From contig CAWHIJ010000003.1 of assembly GCA_963829525.1 (NCBI GenBank), positions 1,824,001-1,888,000 on the forward strand: 64,000 bases of DNA, written 5' to 3'. Positions 58,019 through 64,000 of the stretch are shown here, piece after piece. Source of the DNA: an uncultured Actinomycetota bacterium. Lineage in GTDB: Bacteria; Actinomycetota; Actinomycetes; JAHEKZ01. Made by a program: the position numbers and the translations under genes. Position 1 is the stretch's first letter. Every line of letters begins with the position of its first letter. The notes beneath the pieces are model-generated. The model did no database searches, was not told the DNA's origin, and saw only the letters and a program-made list of their open reading frames with translations.

Positions 58019-59401
58019 GTGACCGACCAGCGTGACGAAGCCCGAGCCGCTCACCACACCCTGCACGGCGACGATCTCTCGTGGCTGCACCTGATGCTTG
58101 AGGGCGCACTGCCGGCCGAGTACCGACTTCCCGACGAATCCACTCCACCGTTTGCACCGACCTTGCGGGTCCCCGACGTCCAGCTGAATACAGGTGATCT
58201 ACTCGACCTTCTAGATCCGGAGGGCGTCGCCCTCGCCAGGATCGCCATCAGCGTCAGCGCGGACGGCTGGGCAGCTGGTCCGGTCACTGAACTCACCGGC
58301 TTCAGCATCGTCGACCACCTCGCGCTCCGTAGCAGCCCTGCCGCAACAGCTGCGAGTTGGCCGGCCGGACCGGTGTGGGCACTTTGGGCGGACGCTCCAG
58401 TGCCGTTTGCAGTGCGTGAGGCCGTCCGAAACTCAGCCCGAGCTGCAGGGGCAACGGTCGCCGAGATCGTCACACTTGCGACCGGACGCGAGACCAGCCG
58501 CTTGGCGAACGCGCCGGTGCGGCTGGCGACTGCGGCGGCTACCCGCGACGAGAAGGATCAGATCGTGCTCGTCCCCTGGCCAGATGGCGACCCTGTCTCG
58601 TGGGATGCCGAAGGCGTGCGTCTCCGGGCACACGTGGCAGCGGCCTATGGGGCCACTGAGCTGCTGCTTGTCGCAGGGGTGGCTCTGGAGCCAGGCGACG
58701 GGGCCATCCCGGTCCTGCTCCTCGATGTACCGCCAGACCGCGTCGCGATCCCCGACGAACTACTAGATCTCTGGGTCACCGAAGGCGTCCCGCTACCCGA
58801 TTGGGCGGCCGAGCCTTCCGTGGCCGCTGAGCTGCAGTTGCTGCACCGCCCCGGCACTCGTTCGGGTCTGACCGTCCTGTTGAGCGGGCTCTCCGGCTCT
58901 GGAAAGTCGACGGTCGCGCGTGCCCTGGCTGTGCGCCTCATGGAGCACGAGAGCCGCTCGGTCAGCCTCCTCGACGGAGACGTCGTACGACACCACCTCT
59001 CCAAAGGACTTGGCTTCAGTCGACCGGACCGCATCACGAACGTCCTCCGGATCGGGTTCGTCGCGGCGGAAATCACCAAGGCGGGCGGAGTCGCGGTCTG
59101 CTGTCCGATTGCCCCCTACGACCAGACGCGCAAGCAGGTGCGCGCGATGATCGAGGAGCACGGGACCTTCGTCCTGGTCCATGTTGCGACGCCGCTGGAG
59201 GAGTGCGAACGGCGGGATCGCAAGGGGCTCTATGCAAAGGCCCGACGCGGCGAGATCCCAGAGTTCACTGGCATCTCCGACCCTTACGACGTGCCGAGAG
59301 ATGCCGAGGTCGTCCTGGACACCACCGCACGCACCATTGATGCATGTGTCGAGGATGTCTACGACGCCCTGGTGCGAATCGGAGCAGTCACCCCAAGTTG
59401 A
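58019..59401 (+). CDS. cysC: Adenylyl-sulfate kinase fused to a degenerate ATP-sulfurylase (Sat)-like domain
   Basis: C-terminal [32 protein letters not shown]; N-terminal LLDPEGVALA and AYGATELL recall Sat but no QxRN/HxxH is visible. Confidence 0.88.
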   Translation: MTDQRDEARAAHHTLHGDDLSWLHLMLEGALPAEYRLPDESTPPFAPTLRVPDVQLNTGDLLDLLDPEGVALARIAISVSADGWAAGPVTELTGFSIVDHLALRSSPAATAASWPAGPVWALWADAPVPFAVREAVRNSARAAGATVAEIVTLATGRETSRLANAPVRLATAAATRDEKDQIVLVPWPDGDPVSWDAEGVRLRAHVAAAYGATELLLVAGVALEPGDGAIPVLLLDVPPDRVAIPDELLDLWVTEGVPLPDWAAEPSVAAELQLLHRPGTRSGLTVLLSGLSGSGKSTVARALAVRLMEHESRSVSLLDGDVVRHHLSKGLGFSRPDRITNVLRIGFVAAEITKAGGVAVCCPIAPYDQTRKQVRAMIEEHGTFVLVHVATPLEECERRDRKGLYAKARRGEIPEFTGISDPYDVPRDAEVVLDTTARTIDACVEDVYDALVRIGAVTPS

Positions 59402-59417
59402 GGTACAACACACGACC

Positions 59418-60674
59418 TCAGATGTCGGTGTCGACGACCATCCCGGCCGCGACGGTTGCCCCGGACGCCTCATCGATCAGGATGAACGATCCGGTCTGAC
59501 GGTTGCGCCGGTACTCGTCCACGAAGAGCGGCTGGGTGATCCGGAAGGTCAACCGGCCGATCTCGTTCAGACCCAACGACGTGGTCTTCTCGTCACGGTG
59601 CAGGTCGTTGATGTCGAGTCGGTACTGCAGGTCCTTGACGATGGTCTTTGCAGTCCGTGTCGTGTGCTTGATGATGTAGCGGTTGCCCTCTTGGATCCGG
59701 GTACCCTGCTGCATCCACACAATCATCGCGTCGAGGTCCTGGGTTGCATGCGGGTGGTTGTGCGGGCGGCAAAGCATGTCGCCTCGACTGATGTCGAGGT
59801 CGTCGGCAAGACGAACCGAGACCGACATGGGCGGGTGGGCTTCCTGCAGCTCCTGCCCGTAGAGGTCGATGCCGACGACACGTGTGGTGAGCCCGCTGGG
59901 CTGCACCATGACTTCGTCGCCGACCTTGATGGTGCCGCCTGCCACTGTTCCGGCGTAACCGCGGTAGTCATGAAAGGCGTCGGACTGGGGCCGGATGACG
60001 TACTGGACCGGGAAGCGCACATCGATCAGGTTCTGGTCCGAACCGATGTGGATGTTCTCCAGGTGGTGAAGCAGTGAACTCCCCTCGTACCAGGGCATGT
60101 TCTCTGAACGCGTGACGACGTTGTCGCCCTTGAGCGCTGATACCGGGATGATGGTGAGGTCGGGGATGTCGAGCTTGGCCGCAAAGGCTCGAAAATCGTC
60201 GGCGATCTTTTGGTAGACAGCTTCGTCGTAGTCAACGAGGTCCATCTTGTTGACCAGCATCACTACGTGCGGTACCCGCAGCAGCGAGGACAAGAAGGCG
60301 TGGCGCCGGCTCTGCTCGATGACGCCGTTGCGCGCATCCACCAAGATCATGGTGAGGTTGGCCGTCGACGCGCCCGTCACCATGTTTCGGGTGTACTGAA
60401 TGTGCCCAGGAGTGTCAGCGATGATGAACTTGCGCTTGGGCGTCGCGAAATAGCGGTAGGCCACGTCGATAGTGATGCCCTGCTCGCGTTCGGCACGCAG
60501 CCCGTCAGTCAGCAGTGCGAGGTTTGTGTACTCCGCGCCTTGGTCACGCGAGGTGCGCTCAACCGCCTCTAGCTGGTCCTCGAAGATCGACTTGCTGTCG
60601 TAGAGCAACCGACCGATCAGGGTGCTCTTGCCGTCGTCGACCGAGCCAGCAGTCGCCAGTCTCAGCAGCTCCAT
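59418..60674 (-). CDS. cysN: Sulfate adenylyltransferase subunit 1 (GTPase)
   Basis: GSVDDGKST, EREQGITIDVAYRYF, DTPGH, NKMD; no fused CysC domain. Confidence 0.96.
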   Translation of the reverse strand: MELLRLATAGSVDDGKSTLIGRLLYDSKSIFEDQLEAVERTSRDQGAEYTNLALLTDGLRAEREQGITIDVAYRYFATPKRKFIIADTPGHIQYTRNMVTGASTANLTMILVDARNGVIEQSRRHAFLSSLLRVPHVVMLVNKMDLVDYDEAVYQKIADDFRAFAAKLDIPDLTIIPVSALKGDNVVTRSENMPWYEGSSLLHHLENIHIGSDQNLIDVRFPVQYVIRPQSDAFHDYRGYAGTVAGGTIKVGDEVMVQPSGLTTRVVGIDLYGQELQEAHPPMSVSVRLADDLDISRGDMLCRPHNHPHATQDLDAMIVWMQQGTRIQEGNRYIIKHTTRTAKTIVKDLQYRLDINDLHRDEKTTSLGLNEIGRLTFRITQPLFVDEYRRNRQTGSFILIDEASGATVAAGMVVDTDI

Positions 60675-61588
60675 CAGAAATACCCCTCGCGCTTACGGTC
60701 TTCCATTGCGGCCTCGGAGGCCCGGTCGTCAGCTCTGGTCGCGCCACGCTCGGTGATCCGGCTGGCTGCAACGTCTTCGATGATCTTGTCCAACGTGTCC
60801 GCATCGGACTCAACGGCCGCCGTGCACGTCATGTCACCGACGGTCCGGTAACGCACCATGGTCTCGAAGACCTCCGCGCCCTCGTCGGCCGGAGTAACGT
60901 CGGTGACTGCCATCAGCATGTTGTCGCGCCAGAAGACTGGGCGCTTGTGCGCGTAGTAGATCGACGGAAGCTCCAGCTCTTCACGCTGGACGTACTGCCA
61001 GATGTCGAGCTCAGTCCAGTTCGACAGCGGGAAGATTCGGATGTGCTCACCCTTGCGATGACGCCCGTTGTAAAGGCTCCAGAGCTCGGGGCGCTGAGCC
61101 TTGGGATCCCACTGGCCGAACTCGTCGCGGAATGAGAAGACCCGCTCCTTCGCACGCGCCTTTTCCTCGTCGCGACGGGCACCCCCGAAGACAGCGTCGA
61201 ACTTGTTGTCGAGGATGCCTTTGAGCAGCGGAATGGTTTGAATGCTGTTTCGTGAGGCCCCCGGGCCCGTCGGGTCCACGACGAGCCCCTCAGCGATGGC
61301 GTCCTCCACCGACGCAACGATCAGCCTGGCACCGAGCTCGACGACGCGGCGGTCGCGATACTCGATCACCTCATCGAAGTTGTGGCCGGTGTCGACGTGC
61401 ATCAAAGGGAAAGGGATCTTGGCCGGCCAGAAGGCCTTCTCGGCCAACCGGAGCATGACGATCGAGTCCTTGCCCCCCGAGAAGAGGAGCCCCGGACGCT
61501 CGAACTCGGCCGCAACCTCCCGCATGATGTGGATGGACTCCGCCTCAAGCAGGTCCAGTTGCGACAACTGGTAGTCGATCGACGACAC
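60674..61588 (-). CDS. cysD: Sulfate adenylyltransferase subunit 2
   Basis: FSGGKDS, GGARRDEEKARAKER, QRPELW, RKREGYF. Confidence 0.97.
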   Translation of the reverse strand: MSSIDYQLSQLDLLEAESIHIMREVAAEFERPGLLFSGGKDSIVMLRLAEKAFWPAKIPFPLMHVDTGHNFDEVIEYRDRRVVELGARLIVASVEDAIAEGLVVDPTGPGASRNSIQTIPLLKGILDNKFDAVFGGARRDEEKARAKERVFSFRDEFGQWDPKAQRPELWSLYNGRHRKGEHIRIFPLSNWTELDIWQYVQREELELPSIYYAHKRPVFWRDNMLMAVTDVTPADEGAEVFETMVRYRTVGDMTCTAAVESDADTLDKIIEDVAASRITERGATRADDRASEAAMEDRKREGYF

Positions 61589-61617
61589 GCTTTTCTCCTT
61601 GTTCCGTCGGTCGGCCG

Positions 61618-62457
61618 TCAGGCCAACGCGGCGAGTACGCCTTCTGCCAGCTCGGGTCGGCAGATCACCAGGTCAGGCAGCAGGGTGTTGGCCTGGTTGT
61701 AAACCATCGGACTGCCATCGATCCGGCTGCAGTGCAGTCCAGCCGCCCTGGCCACCGCCACAGGTGCGGCGCTGTCCCACTCGTACTGCCCTCCGGAGTG
61801 GACGTAGGCATCCCCCTCACCCAGGAGGACGGCCATGGCCTTAGCTCCAGCCGATCCCATCGGGACCAGTTCGCCCCCGAGTTCCTGCGCCACATGCTCT
61901 GCCTCCGCCGCCGGCCGCGTGCGGCTGACCATGAATCGCGGTCGGCCCGAACGGGACGGCGCCAGGACAGGTACATCGTAAGTGGCCAGAGTCAGATCTT
62001 TGGCAGGCAACGCGACAGCGCCTGCCGTGAGTTCGCCCACATTGCCGCTGCCTCCTGCACCCCGCTCCCACAGCGCCACATGGATCGCCCAGTCATCGCG
62101 CGGTGGCTCGGAGAACTCCCGGGTGCCGTCGAGCGGGTCGACGATCCAGACCCGGTCAGCATCCAAACGGGCGAGGTCGTCGACACCCTCCTCAGAGAGC
62201 ACCGCGTCATCAGGCCGGTACGCCTTGAGAGTGGCCGTGATGAGCGCGTGCCCAAGCCGGTCACCGGCGTCCTTGAGCGCCTTGGGGTCACTGCCGTCGA
62301 ATCGCTGGCGCAACTCGAGCAGAGCACGTCCAGCGGCCGTGGCAATAGCCGCCGCCAGGCGACCATCATCGGTCAGCGTTTCTTCGCTCAGCGCGTGCTC
62401 GTCTAGGACCTCAAAGTCGAGGTCGAACGAGGAGCCGGCGTCCTCAGGGTTGGTCAC
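61618..62457 (-). CDS. cysQ: 3'(2'),5'-bisphosphate nucleotidase
   Basis: LSEE, WIVDPLDGTREF, MGSAGAK, GGQYEWDSAAP; adjacent to cysD. Confidence 0.92.
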   Translation of the reverse strand: MTNPEDAGSSFDLDFEVLDEHALSEETLTDDGRLAAAIATAAGRALLELRQRFDGSDPKALKDAGDRLGHALITATLKAYRPDDAVLSEEGVDDLARLDADRVWIVDPLDGTREFSEPPRDDWAIHVALWERGAGGSGNVGELTAGAVALPAKDLTLATYDVPVLAPSRSGRPRFMVSRTRPAAEAEHVAQELGGELVPMGSAGAKAMAVLLGEGDAYVHSGGQYEWDSAAPVAVARAAGLHCSRIDGSPMVYNQANTLLPDLVICRPELAEGVLAALA

Positions 62458-62467
62458 GTGCGACCAC

Positions 62468-63997
62468 TCACTCGCCTGCGCCGGTCAGTTTCTCGCGCAG
62501 AGCCGCGAGGGCTTCGTCAGTGGCCAGCGACCCACCAACGGCCTCCGCCTCGGCCTCGTCGGGGGCCCCTTCGGCTACCGTCTCGGAGGAATAGGTGGAC
62601 GGCGTGCTGCCGACCTCGAGAGCCGCATCCTGGTCGGCCTTCTGAGCCTCACCCATCTGCTTTTTGTGCGCCTCGAAGCGAACCTGCGCCTCTGCGTACT
62701 GACGCTCCCACTCCTCGCGGGCGGACTCAAAGCCCGGCTTCCACTCGCCGGTGTCGGAGTCGAACCCGTCCGGATAGACGTAGTTGCCCTGGTCGTCGTA
62801 GGTCGCGGCCATCCCGTAGAGCGTCGGGTCGAACTCGATGGTCTCGGTGGCACCTTCGTTGGCCTGCTTCAGCGACAGGGAAATGCGACGGCGCTCCAGG
62901 TCAATGTCGATCACCTTGACGAAAATCTCGGTGCCGACCTGAACCACCTGTTCGGGGATCTCGACGTGGCGCTCGGCCAGCTCTGAGATGTGCACCAGGC
63001 CCTCGATGCCCTCCTGCACTCGGACGAATGCGCCGAACGGAACGAGCTTGGTGACGCGACCCGGAACAACCTGGTTGATCTGGTGGGTGCGGGCAAACTG
63101 CTGCCACGGGTCTTCCTGGGTGGACTTCAGCGAGAGCGATACCCGCTCGCGGTCCATGTCGACGTCGAGAACCTCGACGGTGACCTCCTGGCCCACCTCG
63201 ACGACCTCAGACGGATGGTCGATGTGCTTCCAGGAGAGCTCGGACACGTGGACAAGTCCGTCGACACCGCCGAGATCGACGAAGGCGCCGAAGTTGACGA
63301 TCGAGGAGACCACACCGCTGCGGACCTGGCCCTTCTGCAGCTGGGTGAGGAAGTCCTGACGAACTGCGGACTGGGTCTGCTCGAGCCAGGCACGACGGGA
63401 GAGCACCACGTTGTTGCGGTTCTTGTCGAGCTCGATGATCTTGGCTTCGATCTCTTGTCCCACATAGGGCTGGAGATCGCGGACGCGCCGCATTTCGACG
63501 AGCGAGGCCGGAAGGAAGCCACGCAGCCCGATGTCGAGGATGAGTCCGCCCTTGACGACCTCGATGACCGAGCCCTTGACGACGCCGTCCGCCTCTTTGA
63601 TCTGCTCGATGGTGCCCCACGCCCGCTCGTACTGAGCGCGCTTCTTGGAGAGAATCAGTCGGCCGTCCTTGTCCTCCTTCTGGAGAACGAGGGCCTCGAC
63701 GGCGTCACCGACCGAGACGACCTCGGACGGGTCGACGTCGTGCTTGATCGAGAGCTCGCGCGAGGGGATGACGCCCTCGGTCTTGTACCCGATGTCGAGC
63801 AGGACCTCGTCGCGGTCGACCTTGACGATCGTCCCCTCGACGATGTCACCGTCGTTGAAGTACTTGATGGTCTCGTCGATAGCGGCGAGGAACGCCTCTT
63901 CCGACCCGATGTCATTGACCGCGATCTGGAAGCCCGCGTCGGGCTTCTCTTCGATCGTTGCGGTGGGGGTGGGGGCTACCTCGGTGCTACTCGTCAT
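62468..63997 (-). CDS. rpsA: 30S ribosomal protein S1
   Basis: Actinobacterial S1: DIGYKTEGVIP, four S1 repeats, C-terminal LATDEALAALREKL. Confidence 0.98.
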   Translation of the reverse strand: MTSSTEVAPTPTATIEEKPDAGFQIAVNDIGSEEAFLAAIDETIKYFNDGDIVEGTIVKVDRDEVLLDIGYKTEGVIPSRELSIKHDVDPSEVVSVGDAVEALVLQKEDKDGRLILSKKRAQYERAWGTIEQIKEADGVVKGSVIEVVKGGLILDIGLRGFLPASLVEMRRVRDLQPYVGQEIEAKIIELDKNRNNVVLSRRAWLEQTQSAVRQDFLTQLQKGQVRSGVVSSIVNFGAFVDLGGVDGLVHVSELSWKHIDHPSEVVEVGQEVTVEVLDVDMDRERVSLSLKSTQEDPWQQFARTHQINQVVPGRVTKLVPFGAFVRVQEGIEGLVHISELAERHVEIPEQVVQVGTEIFVKVIDIDLERRRISLSLKQANEGATETIEFDPTLYGMAATYDDQGNYVYPDGFDSDTGEWKPGFESAREEWERQYAEAQVRFEAHKKQMGEAQKADQDAALEVGSTPSTYSSETVAEGAPDEAEAEAVGGSLATDEALAALREKLTGAGE

Positions 63998-64000
63998 GGG

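Noticed and set aside
57979-58035. Leaderless 18-aa uORF (MSVATSSPDPRGRRDRPA) overlapping the cysC start
   Set aside because: The 8-nt spacing from TAGCGT is atypical and it has no Cys-rich attenuator content; cannot be supported without ribosome profiling

Overview
A high-GC Actinomycetota chromosome segment (taxonomy inferred from gene content: rbpA, whiA, sufR, class F sortase, mycothiol-dependent MDMPI). It is mostly the conserved actinobacterial core block: serB, sixA-fabI-fabG, tldD-tldE, dodecin, moaA/SURF1, the suf operon, ctaA/ctaB, tkt-tal, rbpA-secG-tpi-pgk-gap-whiA-yvcK-rapZ-uvrC, uvrA, terC x2, uvrB-coaE and rpsA. I found no rRNA, tRNA, CRISPR array, IS or prophage. Four accessory insertions stand out. 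(1) A DUF222/HNH (13E12-like) gene with a PafBC/RecA-NDp-type DNA-damage promoter, an adjacent 32-bp tandem array, imperfect inverted flanks and two compensating frameshifts that bracket the HNH domain. (2) A DUF4397 surface protein + class F sortase + ECF sigma + zinc-binding anti-sigma cassette inside the ABC-ABC-ctaA operon. (3) A two-component system with a divergent exported protein between ctaA and ctaB. (4) A sulfate-activation island between rpsA and coaE: cysQ-cysD-cysN, an APS kinase fused to an apparently dead ATP-sulfurylase domain, and a lone priming glycosyltransferase, which suggests PAPS supply for glycan sulfation. Visible regulatory signals include three RecA-NDp/PafBC promoters, many leaderless TANNNT promoters and symmetric bidirectional -10 elements. 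tkt has a single-base frameshift in a short A run, probably an assembly error. All product calls come from motif recognition without database searches, and none of the candidate systems is proven novel.
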